A stretch of 64,000 nt of DNA. Source: Planctomicrobium piriforme. GTDB lineage: Bacteria > Planctomycetota > Planctomycetia > Planctomycetales > Planctomycetaceae. Positions 46,783 to 56,796 of the stretch are shown here, piece by piece. The translations under genes were made by a program, and so were the position numbers. Position 1 is the stretch's first letter; every line of letters starts with the position of its first letter. A model generated the notes under the pieces. It was not told the origin of the DNA. It saw only the letters and a list, made by a program, of their open reading frames with translations, and searched no databases. The stretch covers positions 23,085 through 87,084 of the forward strand of contig CAMATH010000002.1 in the NCBI GenBank assembly GCA_945860955.1, written 5' to 3'.

Positions 46783-47901
46783 TCAATTGGATGGCCCCTC
46801 GGGAGGCTTGGTCACCCGACCGACGCCAAACTGGTCCCCCGTGGCGACCGGCTTGCCATCGCGAAAATGGATCTCGACCATCTTTTCGCTGTGGACCTCG
46901 CGGTTCCGCTCGTCCGCCAATAGCGCCACCGTCTTGCGACTTTTGACTTCAATGACTTCTCCCGTCGACGGGTAGGCAAACCGGCCGTCGAGGCTAAAGG
47001 TGATCCAGCCGGGCTGTTCACGTACCGCCAGACTTGCGCGCTGCTGCGGCGGGTCGACCGTAATATCGAAAATGTGCACCTTCTGGTTCGCAGCATCGAC
47101 CACCCACACCTCACGTTCGTCGGGGGTCAGCCCGATTCCGTGACTGGGACACCCGTGCCGTTTCACCGGGCCGGGTTGGAAACCCGCGACCTCGACCCGG
47201 TGCCGTTTCGCGCCCGTCTCCAGATCGGCCACCTCGAACCCCAGCAGGTCGTTGACGCAGACATAGGCCCGCGTGGCGGTGCCGTTGACTGTGAACGGAC
47301 GAATGGACCCGGCCAGCGGCCCGACCTTTTGCACAATCTCGTGAGAGCGCGTGTCGGCCACAAACAGATACGGCGATTTCAGCCCCCCCAGGTACATCCG
47401 CCGACCGTCGCGGCTCACCACCGTGTTGTGGGCACCGCTATCGGTTTCGACGGCAGTGATCTGCGCACCCGTGGTCGCATTGATGACGTTCCAGGTCTCC
47501 TTTTCGAAAGAGGGGACATACAGGGTCTGGCCGTCCGGGGTGATCGACATCCGGTCGGTTCCATTGGGCGGCTCTGTTTCCCAGAGAATCTGCTCGGTCA
47601 CCAGATCGAGGCAGTACAGCCGGGAGCGCGTGGTGAAGTACAGCCTGCCCGTCGCGGCGCTGGCACAGACCCCCTTGATGTTGTCGGGCATCGCCTCGCG
47701 GCTGGCGGGAGTCTCGATGCGACGGACGAACTTGTGACCGTTGTCGATGTCAAAAACGAGTATGCCGGCACCGCCGAATTCCAGGTAGTTGCGGATTCCC
47801 GGGCAGACGACATAGAGGTAGCGACGGACCGGTTCGTCGGCGAGGACCGCGGGCATCGAAACGACGAACAACACGACGGCAAGTACCAGGCGGCGAATCA
47901 T
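46783..47901 (-). CDS. secreted beta-propeller protein (YncE/YVTN-like)
   Basis: Signal peptide MIRRLVLAVVLFVVSMPAVLA. Repeated ~45-aa units carry D/G-rich turn motifs. The family call is tentative. Confidence 0.55.
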   Translation of the reverse strand: MIRRLVLAVVLFVVSMPAVLADEPVRRYLYVVCPGIRNYLEFGGAGILVFDIDNGHKFVRRIETPASREAMPDNIKGVCASAATGRLYFTTRSRLYCLDLVTEQILWETEPPNGTDRMSITPDGQTLYVPSFEKETWNVINATTGAQITAVETDSGAHNTVVSRDGRRMYLGGLKSPYLFVADTRSHEIVQKVGPLAGSIRPFTVNGTATRAYVCVNDLLGFEVADLETGAKRHRVEVAGFQPGPVKRHGCPSHGIGLTPDEREVWVVDAANQKVHIFDITVDPPQQRASLAVREQPGWITFSLDGRFAYPSTGEVIEVKSRKTVALLADERNREVHSEKMVEIHFRDGKPVATGDQFGVGRVTKPPEGPSN

Positions 47902-47924
47902 CGGGCGGGTCTTCCAGGCTGACA

Positions 47925-47970
47925 GCGTGAAAACGAAAACAGCCGCGCGTCTCAATGGACGCGCGGCTGT
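47925..47970 (-). terminator. Rho-independent terminator of the coiled-coil operon
   Basis: Perfect 13-bp stem acagccgcgcgtc / gacgcgcggctgt (47939-47970) with a 6-nt loop. On the minus strand it is followed by TTTCGTTTTC, 40 nt after the stop at 48010. Confidence 0.75.
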
Positions 47971-48009
47971 GGGATGTGGCTTGAGTTCGGTCTTGGAGCG
48001 TTGCCCGGC

Positions 48010-48165
48010 TCAGGGCATTTTCCACTCGTAGATGCCCATTTCGAGGATGAGCAGCGTGACTCCGACAATCAGCGCCGCCACCGACACGAACAGCAGGCCG
48101 ACGTACACGTCGGGTGCCGGGGGGGGGCCTTTGACTTTGCGGGGACTAGAGCTTCGTGGAGACAT
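48010..48165 (-). CDS. small single-TM protein
   Basis: MSPRSSSPRKVKGPPPAPDVYVGLLFVSVAALIVGVTLLILEMGIYEWKMP. It overlaps the upstream gene end and is the last ORF before the terminator. Confidence 0.4.
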   Translation of the reverse strand: MSPRSSSPRKVKGPPPAPDVYVGLLFVSVAALIVGVTLLILEMGIYEWKMP

Positions 48166-49021
48166 TATCCCCCTCCTGAATGGCACCGGTGCGGGTCGTT
48201 TCAATCACTTCCCCGACCGCAGAGTCGGGAGACGTGGTGACAATTCGAATCTTGGCCAGATAACGCGTCTTGCCTCCGGCCTTGGCGCCGGGACGCCATA
48301 CGGTCATCTCGTGTCCCTTCACCAGTCCGTCGTTGATTCCAAGCGAAATCTGGAGCAGCTCGGCATTGCCGATCTTGGCGGGTTTGCGGATCGTCCGCAC
48401 CACCCCCTCAATTCGGGGCGGGGGCTGCAGCACGCTGGTCGCGTCAACCGTTTCGTCCGCCGAGATCCCGTTCTTCGCCAACAGCGCGGTGTAGTTCGAA
48501 ATCTGAGCGAGGACCGACTTGTTCTTCGAACGGGCGACATCCAGTTCGACCGTCAACTTCCGGATCTCGTCGTTCAACTCGGAATTCTTGGTTTCTGCGG
48601 CGCTGATCAGCACGGTCTGTTCATGATTCACCTCACGCAACTCCCGCGCTTCCTCGGCTCGCGCCAAAGCCTCTTCCGCCGAGTTCTGCGCACGTGTCTG
48701 CGCCTGGGCGAGCTGGGTCTGGAGCGAGGCGATCTGGTCTTTGGAAGTCTTGAACTGCTGCTCGGAAAGCTGCAGCGACGCCTCGGCCTGCTTGGCCCGC
48801 TCGATGGCGGCGTCCGTGTCAGCCTTCAATTGGGTCGTGAGCTTGGTGTTCTCTTCGATCCAGTTGTTCTTCTCAACATTCGCCTTGCTGGCGGCGGTCT
48901 TCTGCTTTTCGGATTCCGTGCGCCAGTTGGTGTGTGTCGTGTAGACGGCACCCGCGAACATCATGAACAAGATGCTCAGCGCCATCTGCACCACGACCAA
49001 AATCTTGCCGAAGTACGACAT
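48146..49021 (-). CDS. N-terminal TM + long coiled coil + C-terminal beta-rich domain protein (paralog 2)
   Basis: The N-terminus LSILFMMFAGAVYTTHTNWRT parallels LSLAFLGATAVSSIARTDWKT of the upstream gene. The central region has heptad-like Q/E/K/A-rich sequence. Confidence 0.6.
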   Translation of the reverse strand: MSYFGKILVVVQMALSILFMMFAGAVYTTHTNWRTESEKQKTAASKANVEKNNWIEENTKLTTQLKADTDAAIERAKQAEASLQLSEQQFKTSKDQIASLQTQLAQAQTRAQNSAEEALARAEEARELREVNHEQTVLISAAETKNSELNDEIRKLTVELDVARSKNKSVLAQISNYTALLAKNGISADETVDATSVLQPPPRIEGVVRTIRKPAKIGNAELLQISLGINDGLVKGHEMTVWRPGAKAGGKTRYLAKIRIVTTSPDSAVGEVIETTRTGAIQEGDNVSTKL

Positions 49022-49027
49022 CGGATA

Positions 49028-49927
49028 CTACTCCTCGGGTTGGTCTTCGGTGGGGGAATCGCCGTCGGCGTCTTCGGTCCCAGTGGGATTGTCTGTCGAC
49101 GGATCTTCCGACTCACCCGCCTCCGCGGGCATTTCCTCTGCGGGGGCCGCTTCACCTTCCCCCTGTTCGCTCTCCATCGCTTCGTCTTCGCCTTCCGCTC
49201 CCTCATTGAGCGGGGTCGGTTCCACGCTCTCGGTCGCCGGGGCGTCATCCTCGGTCTCGGTCTCGTCCGAACCGTCATCCTCTGCCGGGTTCTCCGCGGC
49301 AGGAGGTTCCGACGGTAGCGCTCCGGGCGCGGTCGGTTTCAAACGGGGGAGATTCTCTTCGTCGACGGCCGGGTCGTACAGCGCTTGAGTGGGCTGGCCG
49401 AGCGTGTCTTTCAGCGACGCGTTCCGCCGGACCGCCCGTTGCAGCACGCCCCGCGATTGATACAACAGGTCACGCAAACGCAACACCTCGGCCTGAGCGG
49501 CCGCCCGTTGGGAGACCAATTCTTCGTATTGCGCTTGCAGCCGCTGAATTTCTTCGCGACGCAGTTTGTCGGTATCCAGTTTCGCCTGAGCGGTCACTGC
49601 GGTCGTCGCATTGATCTCACGCAGCTTTTTGTCTTCGGTTTCCAGCGTCACCGCGTACTGATTCAACCGCTCCGCTTTCAGCTCCATCGCCTTGAGGTCG
49701 GCGGCGATGGAGGCGATGGTCAGAGGAGTGAGGGCGGCGTAATCGTCGCTCTGCTTCTTGAGCTTGTCGATTTCGACCTGGAGTTCCGCGGTTTTCGCGC
49801 GGGGAAACTCGTTCGCCTTCGTTTTCCAGTCGGTCCGGGCGATACTCGACACCGCCGTCGCGCCCAGAAACGCCAGCGACAGCACGGTCACGAGTACCGT
49901 GAGCGCCTTGCTGATCTTCGTTGTCAT
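49028..49927 (-). CDS. N-terminal TM + coiled coil + acidic Pro/Glu/Asp-rich tail protein (paralog 1)
   Basis: See the paralog above. There is a 6-nt gap to the next gene. The C-terminal ~100 aa are strongly acidic. Confidence 0.6.
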   Translation of the reverse strand: MTTKISKALTVLVTVLSLAFLGATAVSSIARTDWKTKANEFPRAKTAELQVEIDKLKKQSDDYAALTPLTIASIAADLKAMELKAERLNQYAVTLETEDKKLREINATTAVTAQAKLDTDKLRREEIQRLQAQYEELVSQRAAAQAEVLRLRDLLYQSRGVLQRAVRRNASLKDTLGQPTQALYDPAVDEENLPRLKPTAPGALPSEPPAAENPAEDDGSDETETEDDAPATESVEPTPLNEGAEGEDEAMESEQGEGEAAPAEEMPAEAGESEDPSTDNPTGTEDADGDSPTEDQPEE

Positions 49928-50277
49928 GGACGGTGGCCGATCAAGGAGAATGGAGACTTGAACTGCGAATCGGTTGCGGAAGCGGGAACATTCGGGATTT
50001 CGTCCGCGAATGGGAAAATCGGCTTATGCGACACGACACTCAAAGAGTATACGGGTCGACAAAAACCGGTGTCAATTGCCATTTTACCCAGACCTCCCAG
50101 TCGACTCTTTTGTCCGACCTGTGGAATGGACAGGGCGGAAATCAGCCTGGGAGGGAACTCGCGCGAAACAAGAAAACGGCAGTCGCTTATCGACGCTTTT
50201 TCTATTTTTCGTTCGGTTTGCGCGACCCCTGGGCGCCAATCGGTGGTGAAAACTGAGCCGGGAGCGGCATCGTCCCT

Positions 50278-51474
50278 ATGACCGGTAACATCGACCTGGG
50301 TTTCTCCGAAGAAATCCCTCCAGCCCCGCCTGAACAAAAAGTTTCCATGAATCAACCACCCCAGTTTCTACCGCGCGCCCGGATGTCTAGTTACAATCCG
50401 CCCCGTACGGACAACCGCATCACCCCCACCACTGGAGTACCGAACGTGGATACAACGGGGCTTCCGATCGATTTCGAGGCGAAGCGAGGCTGTGGCCGGT
50501 TGACTCTGGATCCAGAAGTAAACAACAGTGCATGGGATGTCGTCGAGCGAAGCGGCACTCAGGTGATTTCCCAGCTTGAAAAAGAAAAAATCACATCGCT
50601 GATTGTGGATCTGTCTCCCCTGAATTATTTGGGGAGTGCCCAGGTGGCGCTGTTGGTGCGGGTTTGGAAGGCGTTGTCAGCCCGTAACGGCAAGATGGTC
50701 GTTCAGATCAATTCCCCGGTTGTTCGAGACGTCCTGAAGACCGCCGGTCTCAACCGGTTGTGGGAATTCGTCGACTCAAAAGCAAAAGCCTACGAGTTTC
50801 TGGGGGTCAACCCCGACGGGGTACAGACCGTCAATCCCGCTTGGACATTTGTCGGCGGAGTGACGGCGGTAGCGGCTCTCGTCGCGACGGCGCTGGAGTT
50901 GTTTCAACCGGACCTGCTGGGAGCGACCGCCGACTGGATCGCGATTGGCAATGCCGCGATCGCCAGTTTCGCGGGGCTATTCGTCGCGCTCCGCGCGGGG
51001 GGAATTCCGCGTCTCATGGGAATCATTATTCTCCTGGCAGGTCTCGGGGTCTGCGGCGTGCAACTCTACCCCCTCGTCACCACGACGACCTCAACGGAAA
51101 TCAAATCCCGGCAAGAATCAGGCACTGAGGGGAGCCCGACTTCTTCCACAGAAAAAACCACGGGCGAGTCCATATCGATTCCGCCGGCGCCAGTCCAAAA
51201 CTCGACGGATTCGCCCACCGGTGGCACTCCTGCCAATACCGCGATTCCATTGGAAAACAAGCCACCTGAAACCCCCGCACCTCAACCGCCGGCGGAGAAC
51301 AAACCGCCTGAGGCCAAACCCGACGAGGTACGGCCGGCGGGAGACAAGCCCGTTGAGGACAAACCTCCCGAAGCCAAACCTGCCGAGAACAAGCCTCCAG
51401 AGGAACAGCCCGCCGCCGACAAACCGGGAGCCGCTCCTCCTGCGGGGGTGGAAGCCCCTGCCGTTCAACCTTGA
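50278..51474 (+). CDS. STAS (anti-sigma-factor-antagonist-like) domain + multi-TM segment + Pro-rich repeat tail protein
   Basis: STAS-like LIVDLSPLNYLGSAQVALLVRVWKALSARNGKMVVQINSPVVRDVLKTAGL. Hydrophobic segments follow. The tail has a degenerate (E/D)NKPPE(A)KP tandem repeat (about 51240-51430). The start could also be 50347. Confidence 0.7.
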   Translation: MTGNIDLGFSEEIPPAPPEQKVSMNQPPQFLPRARMSSYNPPRTDNRITPTTGVPNVDTTGLPIDFEAKRGCGRLTLDPEVNNSAWDVVERSGTQVISQLEKEKITSLIVDLSPLNYLGSAQVALLVRVWKALSARNGKMVVQINSPVVRDVLKTAGLNRLWEFVDSKAKAYEFLGVNPDGVQTVNPAWTFVGGVTAVAALVATALELFQPDLLGATADWIAIGNAAIASFAGLFVALRAGGIPRLMGIIILLAGLGVCGVQLYPLVTTTTSTEIKSRQESGTEGSPTSSTEKTTGESISIPPAPVQNSTDSPTGGTPANTAIPLENKPPETPAPQPPAENKPPEAKPDEVRPAGDKPVEDKPPEAKPAENKPPEEQPAADKPGAAPPAGVEAPAVQP

Positions 51475-51513
51475 ACCGAACCGCGCCGTTACCGAAACCT
51501 GGGACGCCCCGCC

Positions 51514-52764
51514 ATGTCGACTGACACACCGTTCACGGAACTGACCGACCATCGCCAGAAGGCGCTGCAAGAAGAATTGGGCGAACTCCTGGATGTCGTC
51601 GGGCCGGCGCAACTGTTTGAGTTGCTTCTGGAACGCTCGTTTCATCTTCGTGCGACCGACATTCATCTCGATCCGTATGAAGAAGGGCTGAGAATTCGGT
51701 TGCGCGTCGACGGCATCATGCACGAAGTGCTGACCGTTCCAACCGAACTGGCGCCGCAGATGATCTCCCGGGCCAAACTGATGGCGGGAATGAATATCAC
51801 CGAGCGGCGGATCGCTCAGGATGGGCATATTTCCCGCACCATCACCAATCTGCATCGTGATGTCCGCGTTGGCGGGGGGCCGACGATCTTTGGCGAACGG
51901 CTGGTTCTGCGCCTGATGCCCGACAGCAATTCGCTGCGCCGACTCGAAGACCTTGGCCCCGAGCCAACCCAGGTCGAATTGCTGAAACGCTGCGCGTCGC
52001 GTCCGTATGGCCTGATTGTCATCGCTGGCCCCGTGGGGAGCGGAAAGACCGCCACAATCTACAGTTGCCTCGAACTGGCGAATGACCCCACCAAAAGCGT
52101 GCTGACCATCGAAGACCCGGTCGAACGCCGAATTCCCGGGGTCACTCAGATTCAAATCGATCCCAAAATCGGTTTCGGGTTCCCTGAAGCGCTCCGCGGC
52201 GTGATGCGTCAAGATCCCAACATCATGTTGGTGGGGGAAATCCGTGACAGCGAGACTGCGCAAATCGCCGCCCGCGCCGCCCGGACCGGGATCCTCGTTC
52301 TCAGCACGTTGCACGCCAGTGACGCCGCCGGCTCGTTCGATGTCTTCCACGATTTTGGCGTCCCCGCGATCTTCATCGCCGACAGCATTACCGCCGTCGT
52401 CGCCCAGCGACTCATTCGCAAAGTCTGCCAGAGTTGCCACACGTTGACCCCCGCGACCGATACCGAGCGTCAGTTGCTGGCCGCCGAATGCGCCGTGCCG
52501 GATGATCTGCAACTCGCCCACGGTGCCGGCTGCCCGGCCTGTTTTCAGTCGGGCTATTCGGGGCGAACCGGGATCTTCGAAATCATCACCGTCGATGAAG
52601 ACCTGCGCCAGGCGCTGTTGTCGCATGCCCCACGCGCCGAAATCGTTCGCATCGCGCGTTCCAAAGGAATGAGTTCGTTGACTGCGGCCGCCTCGCGGCG
52701 CGTGGTCGATGGAACCACCACAATCGAAGAGATGCACCGGCTGCTGCTGACCGAGCCACTGTAG
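51514..52764 (+). CDS. GspE/PilB-family secretion ATPase (short form)
   Basis: Walker A GPVGSGKT, Asp box, Walker B IMLVGEIRD, His box STLHA and tetracysteine CQSC...CPAC. Confidence 0.9.
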   Translation: MSTDTPFTELTDHRQKALQEELGELLDVVGPAQLFELLLERSFHLRATDIHLDPYEEGLRIRLRVDGIMHEVLTVPTELAPQMISRAKLMAGMNITERRIAQDGHISRTITNLHRDVRVGGGPTIFGERLVLRLMPDSNSLRRLEDLGPEPTQVELLKRCASRPYGLIVIAGPVGSGKTATIYSCLELANDPTKSVLTIEDPVERRIPGVTQIQIDPKIGFGFPEALRGVMRQDPNIMLVGEIRDSETAQIAARAARTGILVLSTLHASDAAGSFDVFHDFGVPAIFIADSITAVVAQRLIRKVCQSCHTLTPATDTERQLLAAECAVPDDLQLAHGAGCPACFQSGYSGRTGIFEIITVDEDLRQALLSHAPRAEIVRIARSKGMSSLTAAASRRVVDGTTTIEEMHRLLLTEPL

Positions 52765-52825
52765 TCTGCGGGGAGATCCCGCTGACTCTCGAATCACTCG
52801 CCCGATTCCTCACATCCCTTCGCAG

Positions 52826-54799
52826 GTGCGCGCGATGACCCGCTCCCGATTCGCCTGGTTTTTGCTCGCGCTGGCGCTGTCGTTCCCTGGGTTCAACACG
52901 ACCAGCTTCGCGGCCGACGGGAAACCGTTCCGGATTCAGATCGTGGACGATCAAACGGAACGGGGGGTGCCGCTGGTTGAACTCACGACAGTCAACAACC
53001 TCCAGTTTCTGACCGACTCTCAGGGAATCGTCGCCGTCGATGAACCCGATCTGCGCGATCAAGAGGTCTACTTCCAGATTCGAAGTCATGGCTATGAGTA
53101 CGCCGCCGACGGGTTTGGATTTCGTGGCCAGCGGGTGACACTCACTCCGGGCGGATCGGTCGTGTTGAAGATCCATCGCCGGAATCTTGCCGAGCGGATG
53201 TACCGGGTGACCGGCGCGGGCATCTATCGCGACAGCGTACTCGTCGGAGCAGACGTCCCGCTGAAGCAGCCGTTGCTGAATGCCAAAGTCTTTGGTCAGG
53301 ACAGTGTTCTGACGGGGCTGTACAAGGGGAATATCTACTGGTTCTGGGGAGACACCAATCGGCCCAGCTACATCCTGGGCAACTTTCATGTCCCGGGGGC
53401 GACGTCGCTGTTGCCCGCGAAGGGGGGATTGGCTCCCAGTCGCGGCGTCGATCTGGAGTATTTCGTGGCGAACGACGGTTTCGCGAAAGAGACAGCCAAA
53501 CTGCCCGGCGAGGGTCCGACCTGGCTCGACGGCCTGACAGTCCTCCGGGATTCGCAGGGGGGCGAACGGATGTTCGCAGGCTCGATGAAAGTGCGCAAGT
53601 TGCTGGAGGTGTATCAGCGCGGAATTGTCGAGTGGAATGACCAGGAAAAACTCTGGAAGTTCGTCGCCGACCTGCCCGTGGACGCACCGAGTTTTCCTGC
53701 GGGGAACGCAGTGGAAATCGCTGGCGACGGCGGGCCTTGGGTTTACTTCGGTCGGCCGCTCCCCCTGACCCGGGTCAAAGCGACACCGGAGGCGTTTCTG
53801 GACGTGCGAACGCACGAAGCGTTCTCCTGCCTGAAAGTTGGGACCACTCTCGCGCAGGGGCAAATCGAACGTGACGCTCAGGGCAAACCGAAATACGAAT
53901 GGAAGAAGAACACACCACCCGTCCCTGCGCTCGATCAGGCGAAACTGGTGGACCGCAAGGTCTTGGATAAGGCCGACGGACTGATTCAACTCCGCGATCA
54001 CAAGACCGGCGACCCCGTTCTGGTTCATGCCGGCTCCACCTACTGGAACGCCCACCGCAAACGCTGGGTCATGATCGCCGTCCAGTGGGCGGGAACGTCG
54101 GTCCTGGGTGAGGTCTGGTATGCCGAGTCCGAAACGCCGCTCGGTCCGTGGGCCTACGCGGTGAAGGTGATCACGCACGACAAATACAGCTATTACAATC
54201 CGAAACAGCAACCGCTGTTTGACGAAGAGGGAGGAAAGCGAATCTATTTTGAGGGAACGTATGCCAGCACGTTCTCGGGAAACACGGACCCGACGCCGCG
54301 ATACGACTACAACCAAATCATGTATCGGCTCGATCTCGATGACCCGCGAACGGTGCTGCCCGTCGCGATCCATCGCCAACCGAACGGTTCAAGCGGCGAC
54401 CTGTTGCGTCCGCTGGCCGCCCGCAACGAAGTGGCGAGTCGGCAGGTTGATTCGGAATTGCTCTCGCAGTGGCGAACCGATGTTGAGTTCTTCGCGCCCG
54501 ATCGGTCGGCTCCGGATCTGATTCCGATTTCGCTGCCGAAAGGACGGGAGTCGAGTGGCGAAATCGTCGGCCAATTCCCCGCCGACGCTCCCATCGCCCG
54601 ACCCGCGTTCTACGTCCTGCCTGTCGACGTGGCCAATCCGCCAGCGACCACCGTTCCGCTGTACGCGTTTCGATCGGTAACCGGTGAGGTTATGTATTCC
54701 ATTCAGTCCGAATGGGAAGATTCCGGGAAAACGTGGCGGCGGGATCCGCAGCCTGTCGGCCGAGTCTGGCGCAATCCGTGGATCGATTCGCCGCGCTAA
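52826..54799 (+). CDS. large hypothetical secreted protein
   Basis: Signal peptide MRAMTRSRFAWFLLALALSFPGFNTTSFA with ordinary composition. The antisense ORF 52586-54379 is Arg-rich and is rejected. Confidence 0.6.
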   Translation: MRAMTRSRFAWFLLALALSFPGFNTTSFAADGKPFRIQIVDDQTERGVPLVELTTVNNLQFLTDSQGIVAVDEPDLRDQEVYFQIRSHGYEYAADGFGFRGQRVTLTPGGSVVLKIHRRNLAERMYRVTGAGIYRDSVLVGADVPLKQPLLNAKVFGQDSVLTGLYKGNIYWFWGDTNRPSYILGNFHVPGATSLLPAKGGLAPSRGVDLEYFVANDGFAKETAKLPGEGPTWLDGLTVLRDSQGGERMFAGSMKVRKLLEVYQRGIVEWNDQEKLWKFVADLPVDAPSFPAGNAVEIAGDGGPWVYFGRPLPLTRVKATPEAFLDVRTHEAFSCLKVGTTLAQGQIERDAQGKPKYEWKKNTPPVPALDQAKLVDRKVLDKADGLIQLRDHKTGDPVLVHAGSTYWNAHRKRWVMIAVQWAGTSVLGEVWYAESETPLGPWAYAVKVITHDKYSYYNPKQQPLFDEEGGKRIYFEGTYASTFSGNTDPTPRYDYNQIMYRLDLDDPRTVLPVAIHRQPNGSSGDLLRPLAARNEVASRQVDSELLSQWRTDVEFFAPDRSAPDLIPISLPKGRESSGEIVGQFPADAPIARPAFYVLPVDVANPPATTVPLYAFRSVTGEVMYSIQSEWEDSGKTWRRDPQPVGRVWRNPWIDSPR

Positions 54800-54800
54800 A

Positions 54801-55568
54801 TCAGCAGCCCGCGGGCCAGTCGGCACCCAGCGCGTCGCGCTGCAATTGCCGCAACTTTCCTACGCCTTGTGTCGCCAGTTCCAACTGGGCGTCGAGTTGC
54901 GCGCGGGTGAAGGGACGACCTTCCGCTGTCCCCTGCACTTCGACAAACTTCCCCGCGCCGGTCATGACGATGTTGGAATCAACTTCCGCCCGGCTGTCTT
55001 CCGAGTAATCGAGGTCGAGCAGCAGCCGACCCGCGACCAACCCCAGACTGACCGCCGCCACGCTGGAGTTGAAGACCGGCCGAGCGGGATCGGTCGCACC
55101 GGCGGGCAGGGATCTCACCGCGTCAACGAGCGCGATGAATCCTCCGGTGATCGACAGCGTGCGGGTTCCCCCATCCGCCTGCAACACATCGCAATCGACG
55201 GTGATCATGCGCGGACCGAGCGCCTCGAGATTGACAATCGACCGCAGACTTCGGCCGATGAGACGTTGGATCTCGGTCGTTCGTCCATCGACTTTGCCCG
55301 CGCGTTCCCGCGACTTGCGCGGCGCGGTGCTGCCCGGAAGCATGTTGTATTCTGCAGTCACCCAGCCCCGCGTTTGATCGCGCATCCAGGGGGGGAGAGA
55401 ATTCTCGACCGAGGCGGTGCAAAGGACGAGCGTCTCGCCGGCGCGAATCAACACGCTGCCAGGAGCAGTGCGGGTGAATCCCCGTTGAATCGAAATCGGC
55501 CGCAGATCGTGCGGGGCGCGTCCATCACGCCGCGGCTCATTCGCCGGTGGGTTTGCTTCGCTGGTCAT
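54801..55568 (-). CDS. rph: ribonuclease PH
   Basis: Contains [29 protein letters not shown] and [14 protein letters not shown]. Start is at MTSEANPP (55568). Confidence 0.9.
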   Translation of the reverse strand: MTSEANPPANEPRRDGRAPHDLRPISIQRGFTRTAPGSVLIRAGETLVLCTASVENSLPPWMRDQTRGWVTAEYNMLPGSTAPRKSRERAGKVDGRTTEIQRLIGRSLRSIVNLEALGPRMITVDCDVLQADGGTRTLSITGGFIALVDAVRSLPAGATDPARPVFNSSVAAVSLGLVAGRLLLDLDYSEDSRAEVDSNIVMTGAGKFVEVQGTAEGRPFTRAQLDAQLELATQGVGKLRQLQRDALGADWPAGC

Positions 55569-55588
55569 TGTTGTATTTGGCTTTCGCG

Positions 55589-56512
55589 TCAGGCCGGGTC
55601 GAATTCCAGCAGCCACAGGAGAATTCCCTTGGCCACGTGCATTCGGTTTGCCGCCTGTAGAATGGCGATACTCTGCGGGCCGTCGAGAACTTCGTCGGTC
55701 ACCTCCAGATCGCGTTTGGCGGGGAGGCAGTGCATGAATTTCGCATGCGCCGGAGCGGCGCTCATCAGTTCGCCGTTGATCTGGTACGGGGCGAACGCCC
55801 GCTTCCTCAGATCCTGTTCCGATTCCTGTCCCATGCTGGCCCAGACGTCGGTATAGACCACGTCGGCCCGAGTGACGGCCGCCCGCGGGTCGGACGTGAA
55901 TTTGAAATTTCCTTTTGGAAACGTCTTCCGCAGCCGCGCCACGAAATCGTCCGACAGTTCATACCCCAACGGCGAAGCGATAGTGAAACCGACTCCCAGC
56001 AACCCGGCGGCCACGGCCAGCGACCGGGCGACGTTGTTGCCGTCCCCCACGTAGGCGATTGAGCGGCCTTCCAGCGAGCCGAACACCTCGATCATGGTGA
56101 ACATGTCCGACAGCGCCTGACACGGGTGCGCCGAGTCGGACAGGCCATTGATCACCGAACAGCCAGCGTATTGCGCGAAATCTTCGACAAGTTTCTGCGA
56201 AAACGTGCGGGTCACGATCCAGTCGGAATAGCTCCCCAGAACCCGGGCGACGTCTGCGATCGACTCGCGACCATTCAGGCCCGCCTCGGCACACGTGAGA
56301 AAAACGCTTCCCCCGCCCAATTGGGCGACCGCCGCCTCGAAACTGACCCGCGTCCGCAGCGACGGTTTCTCGAACACCAGGGTCATCATGCGTCCTTGCA
56401 GCAGGGGCGGACGCTCACCCAGGGCCCACCGGGCCTTCGTACTCTTCGACAGGCTCAGGATCTCTCGGCAATCTTCGGTAGAGAGCCGAAACATCGATTC
56501 AATATGCCGCAT
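55589..56512 (-). CDS. argF: ornithine carbamoyltransferase
   Basis: Contains [30 protein letters not shown] and FMHCLPA. The start is probably ATG 56512 (MRHIESM) or 56494. Confidence 0.85.
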   Translation of the reverse strand: MRHIESMFRLSTEDCREILSLSKSTKARWALGERPPLLQGRMMTLVFEKPSLRTRVSFEAAVAQLGGGSVFLTCAEAGLNGRESIADVARVLGSYSDWIVTRTFSQKLVEDFAQYAGCSVINGLSDSAHPCQALSDMFTMIEVFGSLEGRSIAYVGDGNNVARSLAVAAGLLGVGFTIASPLGYELSDDFVARLRKTFPKGNFKFTSDPRAAVTRADVVYTDVWASMGQESEQDLRKRAFAPYQINGELMSAAPAHAKFMHCLPAKRDLEVTDEVLDGPQSIAILQAANRMHVAKGILLWLLEFDPA

Positions 56513-56796
56513 TCCGCAGTTCCAGTCCGCCTCGAACGACAAAACCGCCAAGGATCGAATCCCTGGCGGCGAGGCATCCTACATCGCGAGTGGCGCCATC
56601 GGCCAAAATGAAGGGGAGCCGGGAAAACAGTTCTCCGGCCGCGACACCTTCCCGGCGGCGGTGGCAAATTCCAAACCATGGTTCTAACCGGTCGGGAGCC
56701 TCCGGGCAAGCACGCAGTGGCTTCGGTCAAGGGGATCACGAAACACCACTGATTTTTTTGACACCGGCAACTGTATACACGCGTACCTGTTCGAAA

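Noticed and set aside
51118-54379. Two very long minus-strand ORFs (51118-52797, 559 aa; 52586-54379, 597 aa)
   Set aside because: They run antisense to the GspE ATPase, which has unmistakable motifs, and to a signal-peptide-bearing secreted protein. Their translations are Arg/Gly/Pro-rich with no motifs. These are typical GC-rich shadow ORFs.
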